Source: Acidobacteriota bacterium
GTDB taxonomy: Bacteria; Acidobacteriota; Aminicenantia; Aminicenantales; Saccharicenantaceae
NCBI GenBank assembly: GCA_028749115.1
Contig: JAQURD010000002.1
Location: forward strand, 145,402-209,401
Direction of reading: 5' to 3'
Length of the DNA stretch: 64,000 nt
The notes under the pieces: generated by a model
What the model saw: only the letters and a program-made list of their open reading frames with translations
The model's database searches: none
Told to the model about the DNA's origin: nothing
Translations under genes and position numbers: made by a program
In this document: piece after piece, positions 19,642 to 30,483 of the stretch
Layout: every line of letters starts with the position of its first letter
Numbering within the stretch: position 1 is the stretch's first letter

Positions 19642-21981
19642 ATGAATCCTAAAAATTATAAGAAACCAGACTTTAGCTTGAAAGAAATCAGGACTATGGC
19701 GGCTAAGGCTTTTGTCCTCGCACTTAAGGAAATCAGACCTCTACCCGGCGACCGTTCCCAGAATTTTCTGATAACAGACCGTTCAGGCCTGAAATATGTT
19801 TTAAAAATCTCATCTTCATTTGACCACCTGGAGGAACTGGATTTTGAAAATCAGGTCGTCCTGAAGCTGAGCCAGGAGCTTTCTGATTACCATTTTCCGC
19901 TGCCGCAACCTGATATTAATGGCCAGCTAATAAGCTGCTATGAGCGTGGCAATAAGGTCTTCTATCTCCGGCTTTTTGATTACATGGAAGGGCCGAGCCT
20001 GGCCGATTTGCAGTCTGTGCCGTTATCTCTCTGGTCAGAAATTGGCCGTCTGCTGGCTCGAATAGACCTCGTCCTTAAGGATTTTTACCACGCCGGAAGC
20101 AGACGCGAACTGCCCTGGGATGTGAAAAATGTCCTATGGTCAAAAGATAGATTGAAATATGTAACTGACCCGGTCAAAAGGAGGCAGCTTGATTATGTTC
20201 TTCTCCAGATTGAGACTTACCTCCTCCCTGTTTCGACCGGGCTTCGCCGCCAGGTCATTTACGGTGACGGCAATGAGCATAATTTCATTCTCCAGGTAAA
20301 AAAAGAAGCTTATCGCCTGACCGGCCTGATTGATTTTGGCGATATGAGCGACAGCTTTCTGGCCGCTGAGCCAGCTATTGCCCTGACCTATGCCATGATG
20401 AAGACCTCCGCGCCCGAAGAAGCCGTAAAAGTGCTTCTCTCTGCCTATCATAAAATCAACCCGCTGCAGCCGGCCGAACTCGATGTTCTTTATTACCTGA
20501 TTCTGTCGCGTCTTGTTATCAGCCTGACCATGGCTGCCTGGAGACGGCAGACTGAGCCGCAGAATGAGTATATGACGGTATCAGAAGAACCGGGCTGGAA
20601 ACTGCTTGATTCTCTGTTTACCTCCAACCCGGAAAAATGGCGAAGCCTTTTTTATAAAAGCTGTAAACTCGAGCTGTCTTCTCTCTGGCTCGAAAGCGAG
20701 AAACTCCTCGGATTCAGGAGTGAGCATATCTCTGAGGCCATGAGTCTGACCTACCGCCAGCCATTGCACATAACCAGGGGTGCCGGCCAGTATCTTTTTG
20801 ATGACCGCGGTGAATCCTATCTCGACTGTGTCAATAATGTTTGCCACCTGGGACACTGCCATCCGCGCGTAGCCCGGGCTGTCGCCCGCCAGATGGCCAT
20901 ACTCAACACCAATACCCGCTATCTTTACGACGTATTAGCTCTCTACGTGGAAAAACTTTTATCAAAGTTTCCGGCGAAGTTTCAGTACTGCTTTCTGGTT
21001 AACTCCGGCAGCGAAGCCAATGACCTGGCCTTACGTCTGGCCAGAAATTATACCAGGGCGACAGAGATTTTAGTCCTCGATAGAGCCTATCATGGAAATC
21101 TGAGTTCGCTCATTGATATCAGCCCTTATAAATTTGACGGGCCGGGAGGAAAGGGTGCTCCACCCTTCATTCATAAGCTGGCGACTCCTGATCCCTATCG
21201 GGGGCCGTATCGCGGTCGAACCGAGGCGACCAGCCTGAAATACACCGCCGACGCCAGGCAGGTCATTAATGATTTAAAAGCCGCCGGTAAAAAGCTTGTC
21301 GGTCTGATCGCCGAACCAATGATGGGCTGTGCGGGCCAGGTCATCTTTCCACCGCGTTACTTAAAGCATGCTTTTGATCTGGTTCACCGGGCCGGCGGAG
21401 TCTGCATTGCTGATGAAGTTCAGGTTGGCTTCGGACGTCCGGGGCGTTTCTTCTGGGGTTTTGAATCGCAGGAGGCTTCACCGGACATTGTCACGCTAGG
21501 AAAGCCCATCGGCAACGGCCATCCAATTGGGGCGGTCGTCACAACAGAAGAAATCGCCCGCTCGTTTGTCACCGGCATGGAATATTTCAACACTTTTGGC
21601 GGCAATCCGGTAAGCTGTGCTGCCGGTCTGGCTGTCCTCGAGGCGATCGAGGAGGAAAATCTCCAGGAAAATGCTGGCTCGGTTGGAGACTATTTTTTGA
21701 AAAGGCTCAATGAGCTGCAGTCAAAACATGAGTTAATCGGGGACGTCCGCGGGCTGGGATTATTCATAGGAGTTGAGCTGGTCAAAGACAGAGAAACCAG
21801 ACGGCCAGCGACTCGTGAGGCTGAACTCATCGCCGAGAAGATGAAAAGAAATAACATTCTGGTGACAACCGAAGGCCCTTACCACCAGGTGTTAAAGATC
21901 AAGCCCGCTATCATTTTCAACAAAGACAATGTTGATTTATTCGTCGAGACTCTTGATGAGATTCTGAAAGTTTTTGATTAG
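19642..21981 (+). CDS. fusion protein: APH-like kinase domain + class-III aminotransferase-like (AGXT2L/phospho-lyase-type) PLP domain
   Basis: N-terminal about 330 aa carries catalytic-loop GDGNEHN and IDFGDM (DFG-like); C-terminal about 440 aa carries [11 protein letters not shown] and the PLP Lys in TLGKPIG of class-III aminotransferases. Confidence 0.8.
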   Translation: MNPKNYKKPDFSLKEIRTMAAKAFVLALKEIRPLPGDRSQNFLITDRSGLKYVLKISSSFDHLEELDFENQVVLKLSQELSDYHFPLPQPDINGQLISCYERGNKVFYLRLFDYMEGPSLADLQSVPLSLWSEIGRLLARIDLVLKDFYHAGSRRELPWDVKNVLWSKDRLKYVTDPVKRRQLDYVLLQIETYLLPVSTGLRRQVIYGDGNEHNFILQVKKEAYRLTGLIDFGDMSDSFLAAEPAIALTYAMMKTSAPEEAVKVLLSAYHKINPLQPAELDVLYYLILSRLVISLTMAAWRRQTEPQNEYMTVSEEPGWKLLDSLFTSNPEKWRSLFYKSCKLELSSLWLESEKLLGFRSEHISEAMSLTYRQPLHITRGAGQYLFDDRGESYLDCVNNVCHLGHCHPRVARAVARQMAILNTNTRYLYDVLALYVEKLLSKFPAKFQYCFLVNSGSEANDLALRLARNYTRATEILVLDRAYHGNLSSLIDISPYKFDGPGGKGAPPFIHKLATPDPYRGPYRGRTEATSLKYTADARQVINDLKAAGKKLVGLIAEPMMGCAGQVIFPPRYLKHAFDLVHRAGGVCIADEVQVGFGRPGRFFWGFESQEASPDIVTLGKPIGNGHPIGAVVTTEEIARSFVTGMEYFNTFGGNPVSCAAGLAVLEAIEEENLQENAGSVGDYFLKRLNELQSKHELIGDVRGLGLFIGVELVKDRETRRPATREAELIAEKMKRNNILVTTEGPYHQVLKIKPAIIFNKDNVDLFVETLDEILKVFD

Positions 21982-22161
21982 TCCCGCTCTTTTATAAGAA
22001 GTAGCAGCCGACAGCAGTTACCCTGAACGATATAAGAGCTGAAGTCAAATCAATCACGAGTAATCCACAGATCAAAAACTCAGTGAACGATGTTCTGCTC
22101 AGCAGGTCCTGTCCAGAGTTCTATCTTCTTCCCGGGATAAAAATAGTTTAAATTTCTATTT

Positions 22162-22749
22162 TTATTTTTTCGTGTTGTTGGCAATGGCAGCTAAGGCTCT
22201 AAATTGTTCTGCCAGAAACCTGGTAAAGATTACAATCAGATAGCCAATAATGGGCATAAGGAGAATGCCAAGCCAGCCTCTGCCCGGAAAGCGAAGCCCA
22301 ATAAGTCTTAAAAAGCTATAGCCATCATCCCCCACTAAAATCATCGAAATTAAAGCGCCGCCAAATCCGACAATTGCAAATAATGTTCCAAACCATTCGC
22401 CTAAGGTCTGGATAAAATGAGAGAAGATGGGCGTAGCTACAAATTCAGCTCCAGTAGCAGCACTGGCTGCTATTTTCATCATTCTATCCCACCAGATTTG
22501 AAAACCTATCCAGCCGGCAAAAGCAATAACTACCCAAATCAGCAAAAAAACGAGAACAAACTTGAACGGCCCTTTAAAAATATCAGTTTTAGAAAATAAG
22601 ATATACAAAGGAAATATCAGGTTGAGTATGGCTAACAGGCCATAGAGCCAGCTAAATGGCTGGCGAAAGAAATGTCCCTGGTCAATAAATGACAGGTAGG
22701 GCTTAACGAAACCAAAAAACTTGTTTTCCATTTTTTCCTCCTCCTCCAA
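22162..22749 (-). CDS. hypothetical integral membrane protein
   Basis: 4-5 TM helices, RBS GGAGGAGG; no recognisable motif. Confidence 0.45.
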   Translation of the reverse strand: MEEEEKMENKFFGFVKPYLSFIDQGHFFRQPFSWLYGLLAILNLIFPLYILFSKTDIFKGPFKFVLVFLLIWVVIAFAGWIGFQIWWDRMMKIAASAATGAEFVATPIFSHFIQTLGEWFGTLFAIVGFGGALISMILVGDDGYSFLRLIGLRFPGRGWLGILLMPIIGYLIVIFTRFLAEQFRALAAIANNTKK

Positions 22750-22900
22750 TTTTTATGAGATAAAGGCCGCAAAGTAATTTATGCCCGACAAATCTCATCT
22801 TGCTCTTTACCAGAATTAAACTCTTTCACCTGCTATTAGCCATTATAATAAAATTAAGATCAGGTAGGAAGCAACCCGCCTCAGATAAGACGCAATCGAT

Positions 22901-22973
22901 AAAAAAAAACTCCGGCCACCCGTTCTGGAAAATAACTCGGCAATTTGAGCCTTACGCCAGAATGGGTGGCCGG
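22901..22973 (-). terminator. rho-independent terminator: 17-bp near-perfect inverted repeat plus U-run, downstream of the OMP gene
   Basis: CCGGCCACCCGTTCTGG ... CCAGAATGGGTGGCCGG (one mismatch) flanked by A9 on the + strand (U9 on the transcript). Confidence 0.55.
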
Positions 22974-23050
22974 CTTTAACTACTATCCGGCTGGCTTTCT
23001 GGCTAACAGCCGGAAGTAAAGAGTCTTTTATGAAAACTGAAAAAACAGGG

Positions 23051-23623
23051 TTAGAATCTATAAGCAACACCCAGGCTTAGCATATTGGTATCAGACACAA
23101 CATGAAACATGGCTGTTGCCTCAAAGTGCCTGCCTATTGCTACTCCTGCCCCCAGCCTTAATCCAATATTTGTTTCATTAGTTGTACTGGATTCAACCGC
23201 TTGAATAACAGCATATTCATCCATCATCAATTCAGGATATTCCGCCGTGAGTTTTGCATGCCGAAAATAGGTTCCCAATCCTCCGATGAAAAATAATTTT
23301 ACTTTCTCCAGGGGGAGATTGTATCTTCCGTCAACCGAAATAACGATATTTGATACCTTAAGATCATAATAACTCTCGCCACCGGTATTATAAAAAAAGC
23401 CGATTCCGCCCTGGATATCTATCATTTTATAAACCGGATAGAGGACTCCGCCCTGAACATTGAAACCTATGTCCGCTGCATCTGACCAATCGCCTAATGG
23501 TAACTGAAGCCCGGCCCCTGCATAAAAGTTAAGTTTCTTCTGACTCTGCGCAGAGAAACCAAAGGTAGCCAGCACTAAAACCAGACACAAGACACCAGCC
23601 AAAACTTTTAGACTCTTCATCAA
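23051..23623 (-). CDS. outer-membrane beta-barrel protein (OmpW/OmpA-like small porin fold)
   Basis: Signal peptide, alternating amphipathic beta-strands, C-terminal ...GVAYRF with terminal Phe. Confidence 0.6.
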   Translation of the reverse strand: MMKSLKVLAGVLCLVLVLATFGFSAQSQKKLNFYAGAGLQLPLGDWSDAADIGFNVQGGVLYPVYKMIDIQGGIGFFYNTGGESYYDLKVSNIVISVDGRYNLPLEKVKLFFIGGLGTYFRHAKLTAEYPELMMDEYAVIQAVESSTTNETNIGLRLGAGVAIGRHFEATAMFHVVSDTNMLSLGVAYRF

Positions 23624-23722
23624 GACCTCCTTTTAAAAAATACTTCTTATTTTTCTAAAACCATGGCGTTTCCGGCCATAGCTTTTAATTTTTTTTAAAT
23701 CTGGAAAAGCTTTTTATGGCTA

Positions 23723-25354
23723 TTACTTCTCAGCCAGAAATGGATATCTGTAATCCACTGGTGGCACAAACGTCTCACTAATCGTCCTAACACTTGTCCA
23801 CTTTAGCAGATTGATTTTTGTTCCGGCCTTGTCGTTAGTTCCGGAAGCACGGCTGCCACCAAAGGGCTGCTGTCCAACCACTGCTCCGGTCGTCTTGTTG
23901 TTGATATAGAAATTGCCAGCCGCATGACGCAATCTTTTCTCCATCTCGACAATAGCTTTCCTGTCCGTAGCAAAGATCGAGCCGGTCAGACCATAAGGAG
24001 AGGTCTTGTCGCACAACTCTAAAGCTTTTTCCAGTTCACTGTCTTTATAAACATAAATGGTCAGAACAGGTCCAAAGATCTCTTCTTCCATCGTCTTGAA
24101 TTTCGGATTGGTGGTCAGAATGATTGTTGGTTGAATGAAAAAGCCCTGACTATCATCACACTTGCCGCCGCAAATTATTTCAGCTTCAGACGAATTTCGA
24201 GCATAATCAATGTAGGACTTGATGTTATTAAAGGCAGCCTGATCAATGACGGCACCCATGAAATTGGTGAAATCTTCTATATCGCCAACTTTGATAGTCG
24301 CAATTTCCTCCAGCAATCTGGCTTTGACCTGTGGCCAGAGGCTTTCCGGAATATAAGCTCTCGAGGTGGCTGAACACTTCTGTCCCTGGTATTCGAAAGA
24401 ACCCCTGATCAAAGCGGTGGCCAGTGACTCAACTTCGGCTGATGGATGGGCAAAAGCAAAATCCTTGCCACCAGTTTCTCCAACGATTCTCGGATAAGTC
24501 CTGTATTTGCTGATGTTGGAACCAATGGTGGCCCACATGTCGTTAAAGACACTGGTCGAGCCAGTAAAATGAACACCAGCCAGCCATTCACTCTTCATCA
24601 CCGGATCTCCCACACTGCCGCCGCTGCCGGGCAGGAAGTTGATGACGCCATCCGGTAAGCCAGCCGCCTGAAAAAGCTTCATTAAATAGTAGCCGGAAAA
24701 GACAGCAGTTGAAGCTGGTTTCCATAAAACCACATTGCCCATTAAAGCCGGACTGGTCGGCAGGTTAGCGGCAATAGAAGTAAAATTGAAAGGAGTAACA
24801 GCAAAAACAAATCCTTCCAGTGGCCGGTACTCAACTCTGTTCCAGTTATCGAGTGTGTTCAGGGGCTGATCTTTGTAGATCTGGGTCATGAGGTAACTAT
24901 TGAATCTAAAAAAATCTATTACCTCGCAGGCAGCATCAATCTCTGCCTGAAAGACTGTCTTGCTCTGATTAAGCATAGTAGCTGCATTGATAACAGGACG
25001 CCATGGCCCGGCCAGCAGTTGGCCTATTTTCAGAAATATAGCCGCTCTATGCTCCCAGGGCATATTTTCCCAGTCGTGTTTGGCCTGGAGAGCTGCTTCA
25101 ATGGCTGCCTGAACTTCCTTCTCTCCCGCCTTATGGTAAGTGGCCAGGACATGATTCTTGTTATGAGGTTCAATACACCTCCCGGTCTTTCCTGTCCTGA
25201 CTTCTTTTCCCCCAATAATCAAGGGAATTTCGATTTCTGCCGCCTTCATCTTTTTTAGTTGTTCTTTCAGTACCTTCTTCTCTGGACTACCCGGTCCATA
25301 GTTCAGTATGGGTTCATTTTTTGGTTGCTCTAAATTAGCAATACTGTTTGACAT
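23723..25354 (-). CDS. 1-pyrroline-5-carboxylate (L-glutamate gamma-semialdehyde) dehydrogenase, ALDH superfamily
   Basis: VGETGGKDF and EYQGQKCSA (catalytic Cys) motifs; N-terminus MSNSIANLEQP typical of single-domain P5CDH; start taken at the ATG 7 nt after AGGAGG (the track ORF starts earlier). Confidence 0.85.
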   Translation of the reverse strand: MSNSIANLEQPKNEPILNYGPGSPEKKVLKEQLKKMKAAEIEIPLIIGGKEVRTGKTGRCIEPHNKNHVLATYHKAGEKEVQAAIEAALQAKHDWENMPWEHRAAIFLKIGQLLAGPWRPVINAATMLNQSKTVFQAEIDAACEVIDFFRFNSYLMTQIYKDQPLNTLDNWNRVEYRPLEGFVFAVTPFNFTSIAANLPTSPALMGNVVLWKPASTAVFSGYYLMKLFQAAGLPDGVINFLPGSGGSVGDPVMKSEWLAGVHFTGSTSVFNDMWATIGSNISKYRTYPRIVGETGGKDFAFAHPSAEVESLATALIRGSFEYQGQKCSATSRAYIPESLWPQVKARLLEEIATIKVGDIEDFTNFMGAVIDQAAFNNIKSYIDYARNSSEAEIICGGKCDDSQGFFIQPTIILTTNPKFKTMEEEIFGPVLTIYVYKDSELEKALELCDKTSPYGLTGSIFATDRKAIVEMEKRLRHAAGNFYINNKTTGAVVGQQPFGGSRASGTNDKAGTKINLLKWTSVRTISETFVPPVDYRYPFLAEK

Positions 25355-25748
25355 AACATAACCTCCTGCTTTTATTTTATAATGCTTACTTCCCGGCCGG
25401 CTGAGCTCGGTAAAGATAAAACCCACGCCCTAAAAATCACAACTTGCCTCATGAAAATCCACTACTTTAATCTCGCCTGTCAGAGGCAATCATTATCCCT
25501 ACTTGTCTCTTTTCCAAGCCGGGAGGTACAACCATTCTTGCTTATACCCTTTTCGTCTTTAAACCTTCAAAGCCATTCTCAGGTCAAAAGATACAAAAAG
25601 AATTAACCTGATTTTTCAGATAAATATGATAACGGATTCATCATACCTTCGTCAAGCAAAGATCTTAATAATTCGCTAAGACAGGCTCGCTTACCACCCG
25701 AGAAAAAAGTAAATATGTGAATATGTGGACAGCCTGATTTGTGAGCTA

Positions 25749-26588
25749 TTAAGAATCAGTCTCTTTTGTGTTTTCTGCCTGGCTTTTTCGCTCTTCCTTT
25801 ACTACTTTTTCTACCTCTCTATCGACTTTTTCCTTTGGCTCTTTCTTCACGCTTTTCTTCATTTTTGACTTCTTCTCTTTTGGTTTCTCAGGCAGCCTGA
25901 TGACCGTCGTGGTGGCTATTCGGTCGTGCATGGAGAGACCTTGTCTGTCCCACAGAACCTGCCAGAAGCCAAGAGAAGCAAATAGCCCGGAACAGACATA
26001 ACCATGGGCCCGCTCAAAGCACTGATACCAGCCGAGCCGCTGGTTGCCTTCCAGGTCAACGACCTTCAGTCCGAATAACCTCTTCCCCGGCGTTCGGCCA
26101 CCATACCTGAAAAACAGGACAAAATAGAGCAAAGTGATGATGTATTCTTTGATGATGTTATAAGCGTTATCTCTTTCCCGCTGGCTGGTTGTCAATGCCT
26201 CTTTAGCTTTTTCAATACTGGCAGCCGCCAGTTCCTTCGGGTATTTACTGGCAATTTCTTCATCGGTCATGGCGGTTGCTTTCTGATATTGTTCATATGG
26301 TATTCTTCCCTTGAGAAGATCCAGCAAGGCCATCTTTTTCTCCTGCTCTACACTGATTCCAGTTTCAGTACTGATAGTGATATTCCCACCTTTACTTAGA
26401 GTCTTTGCCACCTGACCGGCCGGAGATGTTTCGTGGCGAAGGCGAGCTTTTAATTCGGCATAGCCCGAGTAAACCAGGAGAGAAAGGACAGTTATGATGG
26501 CTGCATCTACGGCAAAAGCCAGACCGCGGCGGATAAATCCCGCCTGATCTGGCTGGATTTTGTTCCTTGGAAACAATTTTGAAAACAT
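25749..26588 (-). CDS. RDD-family membrane protein with Lys/Glu-rich C-terminal tail
   Basis: RRGLAFAVDAAI ... GRTPGKRLFGLKVV RDD signature; about 45-aa KE-rich tail. Confidence 0.6.
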   Translation of the reverse strand: MFSKLFPRNKIQPDQAGFIRRGLAFAVDAAIITVLSLLVYSGYAELKARLRHETSPAGQVAKTLSKGGNITISTETGISVEQEKKMALLDLLKGRIPYEQYQKATAMTDEEIASKYPKELAAASIEKAKEALTTSQRERDNAYNIIKEYIITLLYFVLFFRYGGRTPGKRLFGLKVVDLEGNQRLGWYQCFERAHGYVCSGLFASLGFWQVLWDRQGLSMHDRIATTTVIRLPEKPKEKKSKMKKSVKKEPKEKVDREVEKVVKEERKSQAENTKETDS

Positions 26589-26734
26589 CTGCCCTCCTTT
26601 TTCCAGAGGTCAATCCGGGTATTTCATTTCTCTGGATATTTATTAAGCAACGATAATCCCGGTTATATTTCCAGCCAAAAAAGCGAAAGAAAAATAATTC
26701 TTTGCCTATTTAAAGCCCAGGCTTATTTTGAAGA

Positions 26735-27649
26735 TCACTGCAGATGGCCGTGGCGCAGAAAATCCAGAAGGGAGGCGGAAAACTCCGGCTGAATGAGGGT
26801 GGTAATGTGGTCTCCTCCCGGGATAATTTTGATTTCGCCGTGGCCCAGGAGCTCTCTGGCTGTTTCGATCTTCCCCTTAACATGCTGCGACTCGTTCTCG
26901 CCGCGGATGAAAAGAACTGGAGCCTGGCATTTTTTAAGGTCGGCTACTGTCACTGCCAGCTCTGGAAAACTCTGGCCACAGATGGCGAAGGCTTTAACAT
27001 CTTTCCCTCCATAGAGATACTTGGCCACGGCCTCAGCCTGTTCTCGAGTCGGCTTGGGCCTGTCAGCGGGTGTAATGTCAATTAGATATGAGCCTAAATC
27101 TCCACTCTCGACAGCCCTGGCAAAAGACTCGACCTCGGAGAAATCACCCGGTTTCATCACTTCGGCGATGACCGGTGCCTGGCCGGCGTAAACCACACTC
27201 AGGACACGCTCCGGATAGGTGGCTGCCACTTTACCGGCGATGAAGGCCCCGGATGAATATCCTACCAGGTGGGCTTTATCAATATGAAGATGATCGAGCA
27301 GACGCACCACATCGGCTGCCAGCTCTACCCCATATTGCTTCGGGTCATGCGGTTTATCGCTCTTCCCGTGCCCCCGGCAATCAAGAGCAATAAGCTTAAA
27401 ACCAGTGCTGGCGTCGAGTTTGGTGTTCCCCTGCTGGTCACGTCCCCACATGCTGGAATCAGCCATCCAGCCAGGGATGAGCACCACTGGTTCGCCCTCA
27501 CCTTCGGTGACGTAGTAAATCTTCACTCCGTTCGAATCAAAAAAGCCATCTTCGGCCCTGGCCAATCCGGCCATCGGCCCCAGGATTAACCCCAGAACCA
27601 ACCCGAAGCAGCCAGCCATGATAATCGCTAGAAAACGTTTATTATTCAT
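26735..27649 (-). CDS. secreted alpha/beta-fold hydrolase
   Basis: Signal peptide; nucleophile elbow GYSSG; HGxP-like oxyanion region. Confidence 0.75.
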   Translation of the reverse strand: MNNKRFLAIIMAGCFGLVLGLILGPMAGLARAEDGFFDSNGVKIYYVTEGEGEPVVLIPGWMADSSMWGRDQQGNTKLDASTGFKLIALDCRGHGKSDKPHDPKQYGVELAADVVRLLDHLHIDKAHLVGYSSGAFIAGKVAATYPERVLSVVYAGQAPVIAEVMKPGDFSEVESFARAVESGDLGSYLIDITPADRPKPTREQAEAVAKYLYGGKDVKAFAICGQSFPELAVTVADLKKCQAPVLFIRGENESQHVKGKIETARELLGHGEIKIIPGGDHITTLIQPEFSASLLDFLRHGHLQ

Positions 27650-27741
27650 CTTTAAGCCTTATCCTGATTTATTCTCAATTTAATCATTTATCCTGAGTTT
27701 AGCTGCTATTTTAAGCCATTCACTGGCCATGTCAACTTAAG

Positions 27742-29856
27742 TTAGAGCGACCGCAGAAGGCGGAGGGCTACCACCGGTGAGATTTCGCTGCCGGCGGCGG
27801 CCTCAAACTTCACCGTGATTCTGTCTTTGCCTTTGACCAGCTTATCCGGAAGCACATAGTCCTTTTCGATGAAGCGTGGCGATGGAACGCGGGTTATCTC
27901 TTCTTGAGCCAGCACCTCGCCGTCAATCAATAGCTTAAAGCTCGACGGTCGCAGTCTTTCTTCAGAGTAATAGGTGACATGAAGGACAGGGCTCTTAATT
28001 CCCTTGATAGGCAGCTCGCAGGAAAACCAGGTATTTCCCCGGCGGCTTCCCCGTCCCAGGACCCGTTGAGGGGTAATTCTTTCGCCGGCCTGGAAATTAA
28101 ATCCCTTTTCACTTCTGGGGTTGCCCAGCTCAACCATAACCACCGTAGCGGCCTCGAGCTTCTTGAGCCGGGCCTGTTCGGCCTGATATTCGATCAGCCT
28201 CTTTTCCCATTCTTTTAAATCTATATAATCCCAGTAGCCAGCATAGATTCGCTTGTGAACGGAGTAGAAAGGAAAGAGATCAACCTTAAGGCCTTTATCC
28301 GGCTCGGCTAGACTTCTGGCCACACCTTCGATATAAAAATGTCCGGGGCGATCCCCAGCCGGCTTAACCCAGTCGCTCACCGGACGTGGAGCGGCAACCA
28401 GTAGCGGCACAGATGGACGCTTTAAGGCAGCCTGGGCTTCGGCCTCATCCTCATCTTCAATCCCCCGCCGTCTCCAGTCGATTTCGGGGCCAAGGTCTCC
28501 AGCCAGAACCAGCGGTCCCCACATCAGAGCCACGACTCTCGCCTCGCCGGCAGCCGGTTCGAGATAGAGTGACTTGGGAAGTGTGACCTCCACCGTGTCT
28601 CCTGTCTTCCACTGCCTCTTTATCTCGATATAATAGCCGTTTCGGTCTCTTTCCTTAGCGGCGCGGGCATACTGTGGATTAGCGACAGATGAGGTCGGCT
28701 GAAGGGCTTCCTCGGATAGAGCCTGGCCATTTATCCTGACCGAAAAACCCTGACGGGCCCACCAGGGACGACGCAGGAGCAGCGTAAATTCTTTCGGCTT
28801 ATCAGTTTCAATTCTCAGGGTAGCTTTTTCGCCTTCAGGAAAGTCGGTCTCCATCTTGACCCTGGCTCCGACCCGGTCGGCAGCGGCCGTGGATGGAACA
28901 TAAAGATTCACCCAGAGCCGGCTTGTATCCTCGTAGTAAATCCCCAGACCGTGGAGAGCATGGTTTTCCATACCTGAGCCAACACAGCAGGTGAAACTTC
29001 GGAACATATCCTGATACTCATGCTGGACACCGCGGCCCACCGGAACCATATAACACATCCGGCCGTCTTCGTTGTCTATCGAGGCGAGCACATGGTTGAA
29101 AAGGGCTCTCTCCATAAAATCAGCGTAATGAGCATCGGGCGACAGGGCAAAGATGATGCGCGCCAGCTTGAGCATATTGTAAACGTTGCAGCTTTCGGAA
29201 GTCCGGCCATCAACCTGAAAAGCCAGTTCCTCGGCCGCACCAAAATACTCATTCATCCCGTTGCCGCCGGTGGCGTAGCTATGATGATTGGCCACCGTGT
29301 CCCAGAAAAAGCTCGAGGCCATCAAATCTGCCGACTCGCCGGTATAAAGGTAGCGGACAGTAGCTCCGATCATCTTGGGAATCTGAGTGTTGCCGTGGGT
29401 GCCGGCCAGAATGTCCTCATGATGAGCCAGCGGCCGGTGGAAAATTTCCTGCTCAAACTGGCGGTAGAGCTGGAGCCAGCGGCGGTCGCCGGTATCAGCA
29501 TAGAGGTCAGCTAAGATCTCATTCATCCCGCCGTATTCGCAGTCCAGCATCTGCTGAATCTGCTTGGGACTCAGGCCGGAGAGGATTTTCTCGGCCCAGG
29601 CGGCGAATTTCGTCTCGACTTCGAGGGCGCTGAGATAGCCATCGCCGTTTTTATCCTGAACTTCCTTTAGCTCTTTAACTATATAGTCGGCGCGGTCCTT
29701 AAATCGGGTGTCGCCGGTAGCGGCATACATCAGGCTAACAGCCGAGAGATAATGGCCGGCAATGTGGCCGGTCAGATTGCGGCCCGGGCCATCCCAGCCG
29801 TCATAGGGCTCAGCTTTGGGCTGGAGGCCGGCGTTTTTCCGATAGAGAGCCAGCAT
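27742..29856 (-). CDS. glycoside hydrolase family 127 (beta-L-arabinofuranosidase-like, DUF1680) protein
   Basis: GHYLSA N-terminal motif plus ESC and TCCVGSG motifs matching the GH127 Glu/Cys/Cys-Cys zinc-catalytic site; reading frame stays open 73 codons upstream with no start codon. Confidence 0.65.
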   Translation of the reverse strand: MLALYRKNAGLQPKAEPYDGWDGPGRNLTGHIAGHYLSAVSLMYAATGDTRFKDRADYIVKELKEVQDKNGDGYLSALEVETKFAAWAEKILSGLSPKQIQQMLDCEYGGMNEILADLYADTGDRRWLQLYRQFEQEIFHRPLAHHEDILAGTHGNTQIPKMIGATVRYLYTGESADLMASSFFWDTVANHHSYATGGNGMNEYFGAAEELAFQVDGRTSESCNVYNMLKLARIIFALSPDAHYADFMERALFNHVLASIDNEDGRMCYMVPVGRGVQHEYQDMFRSFTCCVGSGMENHALHGLGIYYEDTSRLWVNLYVPSTAAADRVGARVKMETDFPEGEKATLRIETDKPKEFTLLLRRPWWARQGFSVRINGQALSEEALQPTSSVANPQYARAAKERDRNGYYIEIKRQWKTGDTVEVTLPKSLYLEPAAGEARVVALMWGPLVLAGDLGPEIDWRRRGIEDEDEAEAQAALKRPSVPLLVAAPRPVSDWVKPAGDRPGHFYIEGVARSLAEPDKGLKVDLFPFYSVHKRIYAGYWDYIDLKEWEKRLIEYQAEQARLKKLEAATVVMVELGNPRSEKGFNFQAGERITPQRVLGRGSRRGNTWFSCELPIKGIKSPVLHVTYYSEERLRPSSFKLLIDGEVLAQEEITRVPSPRFIEKDYVLPDKLVKGKDRITVKFEAAAGSEISPVVALRLLRSL

Positions 29857-30483
29857 CCTATCCGGTTCGAGAGTCAGAAGATATTGTTTGGTCAGCTCTT
29901 GAGCTTTGAGGAGCGGGCCGCCGGTTAACCTGACTTTATTCAGGGGAACGGGGGTAGCGCGAAGCAGTTTCTGCTGAATTGTCCTGGCCTCGGGGTCAAC
30001 CGGCTGGACAAAAGTCTGGGCGAAGAGCGGCGGAAGAGCAAAAAGGCCGATGATGAGGGCAAGCAGAAGCGACGGCTAAGGTAGATGCCGGGAGTCTTCT
30101 GGGCGGCAAAGGCTGGCCCAAGGGCTGACTTTGTTGTGGCATTAAACGGCCCTGCAGTAAGTGGCGAGTTATCTGTAGCAATTTCAATGACTTGAAAGCG
30201 ATAGCCTCCGAAATTCTGGCGATTATACCATCCATCTTTCTTCTCCTGATGTATTTTTTTGTTATCTTATTCTTTTCCTGATGTGTAATATATCTTATTT
30301 CCCGCCGTCCCGGCAAGCCCTTTTTATGCTCTGACCAAACCAAGACCACTTAACACTTTTATGGATTGAATCCATGAATGCCAAAAGCTGTGCATGCATA
30401 TCAAGACTCATAAAGCTATTGACTTTAACTACCATTGACAACCTCTTCATGCTAAAAATATACTGTTCCCGGGGAGGGTAGTT

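Noticed and set aside
29020-29514. 164-aa ORF on the plus strand
   Set aside because: It lies entirely inside the GH127 gene on the opposite strand, is GC-rich and is a spurious antisense frame.
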